Assembly: GCA_964368945.1 (NCBI GenBank)
Contig: CAYJDM010000003.1
Span: 22,231 to 86,230, forward strand
Source: an uncultured Candidatus Saccharibacteria bacterium
GTDB lineage: Bacteria > Patescibacteriota > Minisyncoccia > Phycocordibacterales > CAIZLB01
DNA: 64,000 nucleotides
Reading direction: 5' to 3'
Shown here piece by piece: positions 37,150 to 47,657 of this stretch (its first letter is position 1; each line of letters opens with the position of its first letter). Under the pieces are notes generated by a model. It did no database searches. It had not been told where the DNA came from and worked only from the letters and a program-made list of their open reading frames with translations. Made by a program: the position numbers and the translations under genes.

Positions 37150-38289
37150 ATGAAAATTCTCATGCTAGGCGGCGGAACCGGCGGACATTTTTATCCCATC
37201 ATCGCAGTGGCAGAAGCCATCAATGATCAGGCTCTCAAGGAAAAAATTCTCGCGCCCAAGCTCTACTTCATGGCGCCGGACCCGTATAATAAGCAGGAGC
37301 TCTTCGATCACGATATCGAATATATCGGCGCGACTGCCGGCAAGCGTCGCATCAATCCGAAAGGCATCAGCAAGGTGCGCAACTTTTTCGACATATTCAA
37401 GATGGGATTCGGCGTCATCACCGCGATCGTCAAGGTATATTTCATGATGCCCGATGTCGTCTTTTCAAAAGGAGGCTTCGGCGCTTTTCCAGGACTGATC
37501 GCCGCGCGATTCTTTGGCATCCCAGTAGTGATGCATGAATCGGACAGCTCGCCGGGACGCGTGAATGCATGGTCCGGCAAATTCGCGAAGAGGATAGCGC
37601 TTTCGTATAAGGAGGCGGCGGACTTTTTTCCAAAGGACAAAGTCGCATATACCGGACAGCCAGTGCGCAAGGATATCAGAGAGCCGCTCGTCAATGGCGC
37701 ATTCGAATATCTCGGATTGGAAAAAGGCGTGCCGGTCATCCTGATCCTCGGCGGCTCGCTCGGAGGCAAGATCATCAATGATTCCATCCTGACGGCATTG
37801 CCGCATCTCGTAAAATCATATCAGATCATCCATCAGACAGGCAAGGCCATGTTCGCAGAGACGCGACGAACGGCTGGCGTCATTCTGGAGAATAGCGATT
37901 TCCTCCAGCGATATCATGTCTTCGATTATTTGAATACGATCTCGATGCGAATGGCGGCAGGCGCGGCGTCTATGGTCATCTCTCGAGGCGGCTCTACGAT
38001 TTTCGAGATCGCGCTCTGGGGCTTGCCGAGCATCCTCGTTCCGATCACCGACAGCAATGGAGATCATCAGAGAAAAAACTCCTACAACTATGCGCGAGAA
38101 AGCGGCGCCGTCGTCATCGAGGAATCGAATCTAACGCCAGAAATCCTAACACATGAGATCGAGCGCATAATGACCAATACTGCAATTGCGGAAAAAATGT
38201 CGGAGAAGGCCAAAGCATTCGCGCGCACTGATGCGGCGGATCTGATCGCGCATGAGATCATCAAGTTCGGGTTGAGGCATGAAAATTAG
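37150..38289 (+). CDS. murG: undecaprenyldiphospho-muramoylpentapeptide beta-N-acetylglucosaminyltransferase
   Basis: MKILMLGGGTGGHFYPIIAVAEAI G-loop; GT-B fold, 379 aa. Confidence 0.9.
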   Translation: MKILMLGGGTGGHFYPIIAVAEAINDQALKEKILAPKLYFMAPDPYNKQELFDHDIEYIGATAGKRRINPKGISKVRNFFDIFKMGFGVITAIVKVYFMMPDVVFSKGGFGAFPGLIAARFFGIPVVMHESDSSPGRVNAWSGKFAKRIALSYKEAADFFPKDKVAYTGQPVRKDIREPLVNGAFEYLGLEKGVPVILILGGSLGGKIINDSILTALPHLVKSYQIIHQTGKAMFAETRRTAGVILENSDFLQRYHVFDYLNTISMRMAAGAASMVISRGGSTIFEIALWGLPSILVPITDSNGDHQRKNSYNYARESGAVVIEESNLTPEILTHEIERIMTNTAIAEKMSEKAKAFARTDAADLIAHEIIKFGLRHEN

Positions 38290-38350
38290 CGCAGGTGATT
38301 TTCAGTTGGAGCCAAGTGAGCAGGCCCATATTCGCCTAGACGAAATAGAA

Positions 38351-38390
38351 AAAAAGCGCCTCACCCCACGAGGGGAGAGGCGCAATTTCG
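38351..38390. terminator. bidirectional intrinsic terminator
   Basis: AAAAAAGCGCCTC-ACCCCACGAGGGGA-GAGGCGC flanked by A- and T-rich runs. Confidence 0.55.
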
Positions 38391-38423
38391 CGGCAAACAA
38401 TGCGCAAGAGCCGGAACCGAAGC

Positions 38424-38999
38424 TCACGAAAACAGGCGCACCACCCACCAGCAGGCCAAGCTTATGGCATAGATGCCAAAGACGATTCCCGTAAACCATT
38501 CTGGAGACGTCATCTTATCTATATCGGCGATTTTTCCCATCTGCGAATAGATTTCCCTTATCGCAGCGCGGACGTCTCCGGCCAGCACAGTGCTGTCTGA
38601 AAGCTTCTTTGTGCCGAAGATCCACAAGCAAATGAATGGCACCGCCCAGATCGTCAGGACGAGCAAGGCATTTGGCTGCATCGAAAAGGCCAGGAGAGCG
38701 ACGCCTACCGGCAAGAATATGCCGGTGAAGAACATCATTTTCTGGCTCGCCATGTATTTTTTGACATTGGCCTGTACTAACGACCCATTCTCGGTTATCT
38801 CACAGGTGGCCGCAAGAACGAAAGCGAGGAGCATGACCATGTTTCCGTATATGAACATTTCATCTGAAGTTGTCATAAGCATGAGTCGCGTTTGCCTGGT
38901 TCTATTCCAAGCGGGTTGAGGCTGGCGCCCCGCGAATGGCGCCAGTCTTATGGAATTGAGAAGGAACGATGCCTGCCACATGATGGCTAGCACATGCAT
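38424..38999 (-). CDS. hypothetical membrane protein
   Basis: 4-5 TM helices; the true start is probably internal (MLMTTSDEMF...). Confidence 0.5.
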   Translation of the reverse strand: MHVLAIMWQASFLLNSIRLAPFAGRQPQPAWNRTRQTRLMLMTTSDEMFIYGNMVMLLAFVLAATCEITENGSLVQANVKKYMASQKMMFFTGIFLPVGVALLAFSMQPNALLVLTIWAVPFICLWIFGTKKLSDSTVLAGDVRAAIREIYSQMGKIADIDKMTSPEWFTGIVFGIYAISLACWWVVRLFS

Positions 39000-39440
39000 G
39001 ATGTCATGGCATAAATCTTAGGTCAACATTGCGCTCTCATATAAAAAAGAAAGCGCCTCCGGGTGTTGGTCCGGAAGGCGCTATGATCGGGCAGGGCCCG
39101 AGGTCGGCTAATTGCCGAAGATTTTCGCGGCTGCCTCCACGATGGAGGCGATGCACTGGAAGAATCCAGTGCTCACTGCGAATATCGATATTGCCCCAAA
39201 AGGGGTCTTAAAGAGCAGGGTCAGAAGCGAGGTCATTGGGTCGGGTAGGTAACTGGGTTTCTGGTCGTACCAGCCTGAGTCGTTCAGGCGGCTACAACCC
39301 TATATTACCATATATATCTATATTTGTCAAGCATCTATTTTGAATAAAAAACACCCCGCGGACGAACCGCAGACGGGTGAGATTTTTTTGGGATATCCGG
39401 GCCATCGCAAGCCAAATCAAAGCCTGCAAGAGTGACAGGG

Positions 39441-39932
39441 TCACAAAGGCAGGGTATTCCTGAAGGAAGCGGGCAAAGTCCCGCCACTCAGATAGGCGGC
39501 AATCAGAACGATTACGAGGAAAGCAAACGGCTCATTCGCCGCGCCAATCCTCAGGGTCTCGTACCAACGATAGTTGAAGCACTCCAACAAGGATCTGCGC
39601 CTCTTCCGCCAAGGCATGCCGATGCCGTCATGGGCATTGGCCATCCAGGCGAAAAGATCGAGCAGGAAGAAGAGAAACTTCAGGGTCAGACAGGCGAAGC
39701 TTACGCATATCAGGTATTCGACTATCTTTTGCCGGTCCATGAGAATATACAAAGGATATGCAAACGAGGCGAGGAGAAGCGCGAACAGGATGAGTCTGGT
39801 CACCGCAGCTGCTTTGAGCGCAGTCACTGACTGGCGACCTAGCGCGAACAGGTTCAGGGTGCCGTATGCGAGCTGAGCGAGAATCACGCCGATGAATATG
39901 GCGAGAAGAATCGAGGAGGGAATGTCTTTCAT
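39441..39932 (-). CDS. hypothetical membrane protein
   Basis: 163 aa, 4 TM helices. Confidence 0.5.
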   Translation of the reverse strand: MKDIPSSILLAIFIGVILAQLAYGTLNLFALGRQSVTALKAAAVTRLILFALLLASFAYPLYILMDRQKIVEYLICVSFACLTLKFLFFLLDLFAWMANAHDGIGMPWRKRRRSLLECFNYRWYETLRIGAANEPFAFLVIVLIAAYLSGGTLPASFRNTLPL

Positions 39933-40102
39933 TTGAGTTGGCTGGATGGGGTATTGGAAGGAACAGGCTCGGTCTTTGGCAGGATTGTTGAGGACTGGGA
40001 CTGAGTGGATTAATTATGCAACTACTATGCATAATGTCAATTGACGCGATCGCCGTCTCAGAGACCTGCTTTTTTATCATTATTTTGCTAGTATAAGAGC
40101 CT

Positions 40103-41806
40103 ATGACGCAGCATCATTCTCACAAGCGACCAGCAGGCCAAGTCGTGACCCGATTCGCCCCATCGCCGACAGGCTATATGCATGTGGGAGGCGTGCGCAC
40201 GGCTTTGTTCGCTTGGCTATTCGCGCGCAAGCATGGCGACAAGGGTACGTTCATCTTGCGAAGCGAGGATACGGACAAGGAGCGCGAAGTCGAAGGCTCG
40301 ATCGATCACATCATCGAATCGCTTGGATGGCTCGGCATCGAATGGAATGAGGGTCCGGATACTGGCGGGGATTACGGTCCCTATACGCAGTCGCAGCGAC
40401 TCGATACGTACAAGCATTATGCGCAGATTTTGATTGAAAAAGGACTTGCATATGCCGATCCATATACGCAGGCGGAGCTCGAGGCTTTTCGAAAGAAAGC
40501 AGAAGAGGAGAAGCGTCCGTTCTTGTACCGAGATCATCGGCCTGATGTTGCGCAGCTTTCTCCATGGATTGATGAGGATGGAAAGAGAACTCCGCTTCGA
40601 TTGCGAATCCCAGACGAAATGATCGCTGCCGGAACGGTGCGATGGAATGATCTTGTGAGAGGCGAATTGTCGGCCGGTCCTGAATCGCTGGATGATTTTA
40701 TCCTGATAAAAAGCGATGGATATCCTACCTATAACTTCGCGCATATCATCGATGACCTATTGATGGGCGTGACGCATATCACGCGAGCGGATGAATTCAT
40801 CTCTTCGACGCCGAAATTCTTGGCGCTTTATGATGCGCTCGGCATCGTGGGCGATGCGCGGCCGCAAATTGCGAGCTTGCCGCCTGTCATGTCTCCTGAT
40901 GGAAAAAAGAAATTGGGCAAGCGAGATGGCGCGAAAGATATTCTCGACTATCGAGCGGATGGATATCTGCCAGAAGCGATGATGAACTTCATGGCATTCA
41001 TCGGCTGGAATCCTGGAGGGGAAAAGGAAATCATGACCGCTGAGGAAATCATGGAGGCTTTCGATTTCGCCAAAGTGCAGAGCGCCGGCGGAAAATTCAA
41101 TGAGGAAAAGCTGGTCTGGACGAATCGCGAATATCTCGTGCGCATGCCAAATGAGGAATGGCTCAAGCGTTTTTATGAATGGCTTGATGCGGCGTATTCT
41201 GCGGAAATAAAGAAAGCTTTTGCGGATCGCGGCATCGATGATGCGAGGATTGAAAGCGATGATTTTAAAAATATCCTGACTACGGTCGCTCGAGAGCGAA
41301 TCTCATATTTCGGCGAGATCAAGGCCATGCTCGATAATGGCGAATTTGATTATTTCTTCAGCGCGCCTCTGGATAACCCCGAAGCCGACGGCGTTGCGAC
41401 TGAATCGACATTCAAGACCCTTATCATCTGCCCAGAGAAAATGTGGAAAAATGGCGCAGGCGAGAAGATCACCGTCGATGCGGCTTCTACCGCGGCGATT
41501 CTCAATCAGGTTGGGGAGATTTTGGATAAAAAAGTTTCGGACGACTCTGCGGGCGCTGAGAGCGTTGCGGATACAGGTAACTCAGGAAATGGCGGAGGAA
41601 ATAGCGCCGGCTGGACGAAGGAATCAATCAAGGAAGCGCTCTGGCCATTCGCCGAGCATGAGGGCAGGGGAATAGTGCTTTGGCCTTTGCGAGTCGCGCT
41701 TTCTGGCGCGGAGCGTTCGCCTGATCCTTTTATCCTTGCTTCTATTTTGGGCAAAAAAGAAACGCTTGATCGCGTGCGGGCGGCGATTCTGGTTTTGGAG
41801 AAATAG
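40103..41806 (+). CDS. gltX: glutamate--tRNA ligase
   Basis: RFAPSPTGYMHVGGVRTALFAW (HIGH-type), KKLGKRDG (KMSKS-type); 567 aa. Confidence 0.92.
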   Translation: MTQHHSHKRPAGQVVTRFAPSPTGYMHVGGVRTALFAWLFARKHGDKGTFILRSEDTDKEREVEGSIDHIIESLGWLGIEWNEGPDTGGDYGPYTQSQRLDTYKHYAQILIEKGLAYADPYTQAELEAFRKKAEEEKRPFLYRDHRPDVAQLSPWIDEDGKRTPLRLRIPDEMIAAGTVRWNDLVRGELSAGPESLDDFILIKSDGYPTYNFAHIIDDLLMGVTHITRADEFISSTPKFLALYDALGIVGDARPQIASLPPVMSPDGKKKLGKRDGAKDILDYRADGYLPEAMMNFMAFIGWNPGGEKEIMTAEEIMEAFDFAKVQSAGGKFNEEKLVWTNREYLVRMPNEEWLKRFYEWLDAAYSAEIKKAFADRGIDDARIESDDFKNILTTVARERISYFGEIKAMLDNGEFDYFFSAPLDNPEADGVATESTFKTLIICPEKMWKNGAGEKITVDAASTAAILNQVGEILDKKVSDDSAGAESVADTGNSGNGGGNSAGWTKESIKEALWPFAEHEGRGIVLWPLRVALSGAERSPDPFILASILGKKETLDRVRAAILVLEK

Positions 41807-41892
41807 CCCGAGAGAGTTTTCTTCATAAAGCCTTCATAATTAAAGCAATTTTGAGCAGGACATTCGGGAGGGGATATAGTAAAATAGAACCC

Positions 41893-43323
41893 ATGCGTTT
41901 TACCCCGAAGACCGCCTCATCAGCCTCGGCAATATCGGCGATGGCGCTCATCCCTGCGCTTGCCGCGCTCACTTTGATCGTTTCGGTCGGATATTTTGGC
42001 ATGACAGCGACTACTCGACAGGCGTCTGCGCAATCGACTTCTGAGACCGCACAGGCAAATGCGCAAACAACCGGCGCGGTCCTTGGCGCATCCACGAATG
42101 CAGCCAATGCCGCGGCCGAACAGTCCGCCGAACAGCTTAGGCAAAAGATCGCGGAGCAGGCGAAGAACATCGAGGCTTTGAATAAGGAAATCCAGCAATA
42201 TGCAGAACTGAAAGACAAGACGACTGCCGAGGCAAAGACCCTGCAGGCAGCCATCAAGGAATTGGACAATAATGCAAAGCGATTCGATTTGGAAATAAAG
42301 AAGACCACTCAGCAGATCGAGAAGGCGAATACCGAGATAAAGTCCATCGATATCGGCATCAAGACTTCGGAGGAAAAGATCATCGACCATCGCCGCACCC
42401 TCGAGCAGAGCATGCGCGAAGTCCAGCAGGCAGAGGATGAGAATCTGATCGTCACTTTATTGTCAGGACAGAAAATGTCAGATACTTTGGCAAAGATAAA
42501 TAGCAAGATTTTTTTCAATGATGGGCTGAAGCGCCTCGTAGATACATTGCAAGGAGAAAAAGTAAGCCTTGAGACGAGCAAGGTCGCGAAGGTGGACAAA
42601 AAGAAGGAATTAAATGACCTTGCCAAGGATCTCGGCGGAAAAAAGGAAGTCGTCGTCGTCAACAAGAATGAGCGCTCAAAGCTTTTGACGGAGACAAAAA
42701 ACCAGGAGCAGGTATATCAGAGCATTCTCGCAGAGAAGCAAGCCAAGAAGGCGGAATTTGAAAAGGCATTATTCGAATATGAATCTGCGCTCAAATACAC
42801 GCTGGATCCTTCGAGCATCCCTAAGTCCGGCACTACCGTATTCACATGGCCGGTGGACAAGGTCATCATCACTCAGAACTTCGGCAAGACGGTCGCGGCG
42901 AAGAGGCTATATGTTTCCGGATCTCATAACGGAGTGGATTTCGGCGTAAAGGCAGGCACGCCAGTAAAAGCCATGATGAATGGAAAAGTCATCGGCACCG
43001 GGGACACCGATGTGACATGTCCTCGTGCCTCTTTCGGACGATGGGTGCTTATCGAATATCCGAATGGACTGACTGCCATTTTCGCCCATCTTTCAGTGAT
43101 CAGCGTCAAGCAGGGAGAAGCGGTGGCTCAGGGCCAAGTCGTCGGCTATAGCGGAAATACGGGCTATTCTACAGGCCCACATTTGCATGTCAGCCTCTAT
43201 GCCAGCGATGCCGTCAAAGTCGAAAGCCGCCCTTCTGCCAGCTGCTCAGGGAAGACATATACGATGCCGATCGCGCCGGTTGATGCATATTTGGATGTAT
43301 TGCAGTATTTGCCTAAGTTGTAA
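41893..43323 (+). CDS. secreted coiled-coil M23 (LytM) peptidase, EnvC/NlpD-like
   Basis: Start set at the ATG at 41893, because the track start at 41851 is a TTG; signal anchor; about 250 aa of coiled coil; M23 domain with HNGVDFG and GNTGYSTGPHLHVSLY. Confidence 0.85.
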   Translation: MRFTPKTASSASAISAMALIPALAALTLIVSVGYFGMTATTRQASAQSTSETAQANAQTTGAVLGASTNAANAAAEQSAEQLRQKIAEQAKNIEALNKEIQQYAELKDKTTAEAKTLQAAIKELDNNAKRFDLEIKKTTQQIEKANTEIKSIDIGIKTSEEKIIDHRRTLEQSMREVQQAEDENLIVTLLSGQKMSDTLAKINSKIFFNDGLKRLVDTLQGEKVSLETSKVAKVDKKKELNDLAKDLGGKKEVVVVNKNERSKLLTETKNQEQVYQSILAEKQAKKAEFEKALFEYESALKYTLDPSSIPKSGTTVFTWPVDKVIITQNFGKTVAAKRLYVSGSHNGVDFGVKAGTPVKAMMNGKVIGTGDTDVTCPRASFGRWVLIEYPNGLTAIFAHLSVISVKQGEAVAQGQVVGYSGNTGYSTGPHLHVSLYASDAVKVESRPSASCSGKTYTMPIAPVDAYLDVLQYLPKL

Positions 43324-43414
43324 AAAACCAAAAAGCCAGACCAGCATGTGATCTTGCGCAAAAAATTCCTAGTGATACGCTTTATGCATGAGACGGTTTT
43401 CTGCCTGAAAACCG

Positions 43415-43708
43415 ATGACGCTCATGTCGTTGCGATCCAACACCAACAACCGCACATTCATACAATCCGCTATGTCCAACTACGCATTCCTGCCTCATAT
43501 ACAAAGCAACAGCTTTCCCGGCGCGCTTACTCCGGTCGGCGAAGCATTCGCAGAAAAATCCGTGGTCGGCGACGATCCAAAGCCTGCGCAAGTGCTCATC
43601 AAAGGCACAGGCGCCTTAAAACGCCCGAACCGACCCAAGCACAGCGGCACGACGCCCCGAATCGATGAAACCACCGAAATAATTGAGGAGAATGGCGAAG
43701 AGGCCTGA
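43415..43708 (+). CDS. small hypothetical protein (weak)
   Basis: 97-aa ORF followed directly by a strong terminator hairpin; better composition than the overlapping Arg-rich frame. Confidence 0.3.
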   Translation: MTLMSLRSNTNNRTFIQSAMSNYAFLPHIQSNSFPGALTPVGEAFAEKSVVGDDPKPAQVLIKGTGALKRPNRPKHSGTTPRIDETTEIIEENGEEA

Positions 43709-43754
43709 CGAATCATGTCATGCGGCGGCATAACCGCTCATCATATCAATCTCA

Positions 43755-43810
43755 GCCGGCCTGCCCGGGACATGACATTCCGTCATGATCCCCGGCAGGC
43801 CGTATTTTTT
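43755..43810 (+). terminator. intrinsic terminator (long compound hairpin)
   Basis: GCCGGCCTGCCCGGG-ACATGACATTCCGTCATGAT-CCCCGGCAGGCCG followed by TATTTTTT. Confidence 0.55.
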
Positions 43811-43941
43811 ATACAGCATCTTGACACATTCTCTCCTGTTTCGATTTGTGCATTAATTGACACATTTTGCCATGTGCGGCCCTGTTTTGATTTGCGCATC
43901 TCTGCAGGGAAAAACAGGGCCGGATATGGTAAAATGTTGCT

Positions 43942-45960
43942 ATGTGCGGAATCGCCGGAATCCTAGGGTCCCAAGAACTTACAAAAGCCACTCTCGGCGA
44001 TATGCTTTCGGCTATCAAGCATCGCGGTCCAGATGATCAGGGCGAATTGTACGAGCAAAAATTCGCATTCGGAATGCGACGGCTTTCTATCATCGACCTT
44101 TCAGGCGGCCATCAGCCGATATGGAATGAGGACGGCACGATCGCCATCGTCTTCAATGGGGAAATCTATAGCCATCTCGAGCTCCATGAAGAATTGATCA
44201 AGGCGGGACATATTTTCAAAACGAAAAGCGATACGGAAGCCATCGTTCATCTCTATGAGCAGTATGCGAAGCGGGGTCCCGACGGCACACCGAATCCTCA
44301 TGAGATCAATCAGGCCGGCCTGAATATGATGCTCAATAAGCTGCGAGGCATGTTCGGCTTTTGCATTTTTGATAAAAACCTCGGGCCAGTTAATGCAGAC
44401 GGGACCCGAGACGGCTCTCTCGTAATCGCGCGCGATTTTTTTGGCATAAAGCCCATCTACTATCGAACCGATTCATATGGCCAGACCAAAATCGAAAGCT
44501 TCGGATCAGAGATCAAGAGCCTCCTCAAGGATTCTCGATATCGACCCGAGATCAATCATGCCGCCGTCAACAATTATTTATCATTCCAGTTCAATCCGCT
44601 CGATGAGACTTTTTTCAAAAATATTTTCAAGCTGAAGCCAGGCTCATCGATGATTGTCAGCCTTACTGATGGCACATTCACTACTCAGGAATTCTGGACA
44701 TATACATTCCGTGATATGCCTGCTGATGAAGCCGCAAATGCCTTGACAGCTGAAGGAGAAAAAGCTCTGGCGGAAAAAATCAGACAAACCATGACTGATT
44801 CGGTCCAGCATCATATGATCAGCGATGTCCCAGTCGGCGCCTTTCTATCTGGAGGAATCGATAGCGCGATTACGGTGACGCTTATGCAGCGCGAGCGCGA
44901 AAAGCTCGGCCTTGATCCGGTCAAAACGTTTACCATAGGATTCGACGAAGTCAGCGAGCATGAAAAGGCGCGCGAGGTGTCGGATTCGCTCAAGACGGAT
45001 CATCATGAGATCAAGGTTTCTTTCGATGAATATCTCAAAGAGCTGCCGCAGATCGCTTGGCATTTCGATGAGCCTGTCGCTGATCCTTCTGCGGTGGCTT
45101 TGTATTTCCTCGCACGAGAGGCTCGCAAGCATGTGAAGGTCGTGCTTTCTGGCGAAGGAGCAGACGAGCTCTTCGGCGGATACAATATCTATCGCGAGCC
45201 TTTTGCTTTGCGAGCCGTAACTCGATGGCCGCGATTCATGCAGACTATCTTTATTCGGCCTCTTGTGGCGCTGCCGTTTGGATTTTTTGGCAAAAACTAT
45301 CTGCGTCGCGCATTGACTCCATTCCGCGAGCGATATATCGGCAATGCGCATATTTTCAAAAAGAATGAGGCTGCGCAATTATGGAAAAAAGATCTGCCGC
45401 TCGATTTCAAGAATGAACTGCTCGGCATTCATCAAGGAGGACATGAAATCCCTGCGGACAAATTGGATATAGAGCTCGGCGCTGAGGCTTTTACCAATCA
45501 AAATGACTCTAGAAAAATGCAGCTCATCGATATCCATTATTGGATGCGTGGCGATATTCTCCAAAAAGCTGACAAGATGACAATGGCTCATTCGCTCGAG
45601 CTTCGCGTTCCATATCTCGATAAGGAAGTCTCTGACATTTCTGAGACAATTCCTGATGCGCTCAAGTACAAGGAAGGGAAGACCAAGTATATTTTGCGAA
45701 AGGCTTTCGAGCCGATTCTCCCTCAGACGACCGCAGACCGCAAGAAGCTCGGCTTTCCGACGCCGGTCAAGCATTGGCTAAAGAAAGAGCCGCAGGAAAT
45801 CATGCGGACGATCCACAATAATGAATATATCAAGCGATATTTCGATATGACCGTCGTAGACAAGCTCTTTGCGGATCATGCCTCAGGCAAGGCCGACAAT
45901 TCGCGCAAGATCTACATTCTCTTAATGCTGGCGCTTTGGTATAATCAATTTATCAACTAA
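43942..45960 (+). CDS. asnB: asparagine synthase (glutamine-hydrolysing)
   Basis: MCGIAG N-terminal Cys nucleophile; PP-loop SGGIDS; 672 aa. Confidence 0.92.
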   Translation: MCGIAGILGSQELTKATLGDMLSAIKHRGPDDQGELYEQKFAFGMRRLSIIDLSGGHQPIWNEDGTIAIVFNGEIYSHLELHEELIKAGHIFKTKSDTEAIVHLYEQYAKRGPDGTPNPHEINQAGLNMMLNKLRGMFGFCIFDKNLGPVNADGTRDGSLVIARDFFGIKPIYYRTDSYGQTKIESFGSEIKSLLKDSRYRPEINHAAVNNYLSFQFNPLDETFFKNIFKLKPGSSMIVSLTDGTFTTQEFWTYTFRDMPADEAANALTAEGEKALAEKIRQTMTDSVQHHMISDVPVGAFLSGGIDSAITVTLMQREREKLGLDPVKTFTIGFDEVSEHEKAREVSDSLKTDHHEIKVSFDEYLKELPQIAWHFDEPVADPSAVALYFLAREARKHVKVVLSGEGADELFGGYNIYREPFALRAVTRWPRFMQTIFIRPLVALPFGFFGKNYLRRALTPFRERYIGNAHIFKKNEAAQLWKKDLPLDFKNELLGIHQGGHEIPADKLDIELGAEAFTNQNDSRKMQLIDIHYWMRGDILQKADKMTMAHSLELRVPYLDKEVSDISETIPDALKYKEGKTKYILRKAFEPILPQTTADRKKLGFPTPVKHWLKKEPQEIMRTIHNNEYIKRYFDMTVVDKLFADHASGKADNSRKIYILLMLALWYNQFIN

Positions 45961-45966
45961 TCTGCC

Positions 45967-46197
45967 ATGAATAAGCTCGCACAATTTAAGAATTCGAAAC
46001 TAGCAGGGAAGAGGGGGATTATCCAAATCCTCGTCGTAATCATCATTGCTCTCGTTCTATTGCGCGTGCTAGGAATCAGCATCACCGCCCTACTCGCCAA
46101 GCCCGGAGTTCATGACTTCGCCGTATACGTTAAGGAGATGCTTATACTTGTCTGGAATGATATCAAGCAGATATTCTTTTTCTTCAAGACAGCCTAG
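45967..46197 (+). CDS. small hypothetical membrane protein
   Basis: 76 aa with one TM helix (IIQILVVIIIALVLLRVLGI). Confidence 0.4.
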   Translation: MNKLAQFKNSKLAGKRGIIQILVVIIIALVLLRVLGISITALLAKPGVHDFAVYVKEMLILVWNDIKQIFFFFKTA

Positions 46198-46287
46198 CTT
46201 GGTCACCATATAATTGTGCGACAATGCTTGGTTTGACTCAAATGCCATTGACTGGATCCGTGCATGGATCAGAAATAAAATATTTGC

Positions 46288-46632
46288 ATGACACTCAATA
46301 TACCGAATCGAATTCCTGAGCCTGGATTTTATTATCATTATAAGCACGACCCTGCAGGCCCGATTAATAATTATGCATACGAAGTTATTGGCACCGGATT
46401 CCATACGGAATCAGATTGCCGACCGATCGATCACAATCTAGTCGTCTACAGGCCAATCTATGAATCATCCGTATACGTCGCTGGCAAATTTTTCGATATC
46501 AGGCCGCTCAGCATGTTTCTTGAGCAAGTCGCTGACAAGTCCGGCAAACTTTCGCCTCGATTTGCCAAAATAGATGACCAATCTACCGTCTCCAAATTGG
46601 AAGAAATCAGAAATAAAATGTATAGATCTTAA
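46288..46632 (+). CDS. DUF1653-like protein
   Basis: GFYYHYKHDP...YAYEV...TESDC...LVVYRPIY...RPLSMFLEQV resembles the DUF1653 consensus (YRHYKG...YEV...VVYR...RPLEMF). Confidence 0.55.
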   Translation: MTLNIPNRIPEPGFYYHYKHDPAGPINNYAYEVIGTGFHTESDCRPIDHNLVVYRPIYESSVYVAGKFFDIRPLSMFLEQVADKSGKLSPRFAKIDDQSTVSKLEEIRNKMYRS

Positions 46633-46976
46633 TTGCTCGCGAAAGCTTAAATGATTAGAGCATTGCCATGAAAAAGGCAGGGAAGAGTCCCCTACTGAAA
46701 ACACGATTTTTGACCAGGCCTGACAGGTCACCGAAATCGGGTTTTTTGCATAAAAAGATTATGCATGAGTCGAGAGATGGCAGATATGTCAGATGCATAA
46801 AAATAATCGCGCAAATCGCAATATATGACGTCAAAAATCCGCAGCAGATCAAAGGCCAAAATCCGCCAAATGCCGATAGGGGGCTGGTTCTCCCTAGGCG
46901 CATTGTCGTAAAAGATATATTGTAAGACAAGTATGGGTCAGTCCCTCCCTTCTTATGGCCCCGGCTAATCGTAAAA

Positions 46977-47657
46977 TTAATTGGCGACAACAGCCTGTTT
47001 CCAAGGCATGATTTTCTTAAATTCACTTTCTACCAAAACTTTAATATTTTCAGGTAAAGAGATTTTCTTATTTGCGACCAAATCATCGATTAGCGCCTGC
47101 GATAATTCAGGATTTTCCATTAAAACAAAATAAATAGGAAATGTTATGCCTGCATACCTTTTTGCCTTGATGAGTATTATCCTTGATGCAGAAAAGAAAT
47201 CTTGCGCATAAAATAAATCAACTACTATGCCATGCTTGTCATCTGTGTATATAAAGAAATCACAGCAGATCCCTCCTGGCCGCAGTATTCTGTGCTCATG
47301 AACCCTCACTTCTGGTATTAAGGCTATCAGGTGATTATAAAATTCCTCTTCGTACAATTTTGCACGGTCATAAATCATTTTAGATATCTTGGACCTATGC
47401 TCGCCTCTCGTGTGGTCACTCGCAGAATCCAGCTCTAGCAACACCCTTAGCTTAACCATTCCTCCGAATCTGCGTTGTATCATTCTTGATGTCGGCAGCC
47501 ATGCTTCCTTATCTAAATCTAATACAGTGGGATATCTACCGTTCACTGTCATAAATTTTTCAAATGCAATGCGAATCTCATCCAGCGTCCATCGCTTGGC
47601 GATTTTTTTGTTTTGAAATTTAGTATATTTCATTTTATTTAGTGTACTATAGTTCAC
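46977..47657 (-). CDS. hypothetical protein in an AT-rich island
   Basis: 226 aa; local base composition clearly AT-richer than the flanks. Confidence 0.5.
   Translation of the reverse strand: MNYSTLNKMKYTKFQNKKIAKRWTLDEIRIAFEKFMTVNGRYPTVLDLDKEAWLPTSRMIQRRFGGMVKLRVLLELDSASDHTRGEHRSKISKMIYDRAKLYEEEFYNHLIALIPEVRVHEHRILRPGGICCDFFIYTDDKHGIVVDLFYAQDFFSASRIILIKAKRYAGITFPIYFVLMENPELSQALIDDLVANKKISLPENIKVLVESEFKKIMPWKQAVVAN

Noticed and set aside
40217-40744. 175-aa minus-strand ORF inside gltX
   Set aside because: Antisense to the GluRS catalytic domain.
43348-43668. 106-aa Arg-rich ORF overlapping the 43415-43708 ORF
   Set aside because: Arg-rich frame-shifted composition; the 97-aa frame that ends at the terminator is more plausible, and even that is a weak call.
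43821-43862. Direct repeats upstream of asnB considered as a CRISPR-like array
   Set aside because: Only two copies, imperfect, with no regular spacer structure and no cas genes; treated as regulatory repeats instead.
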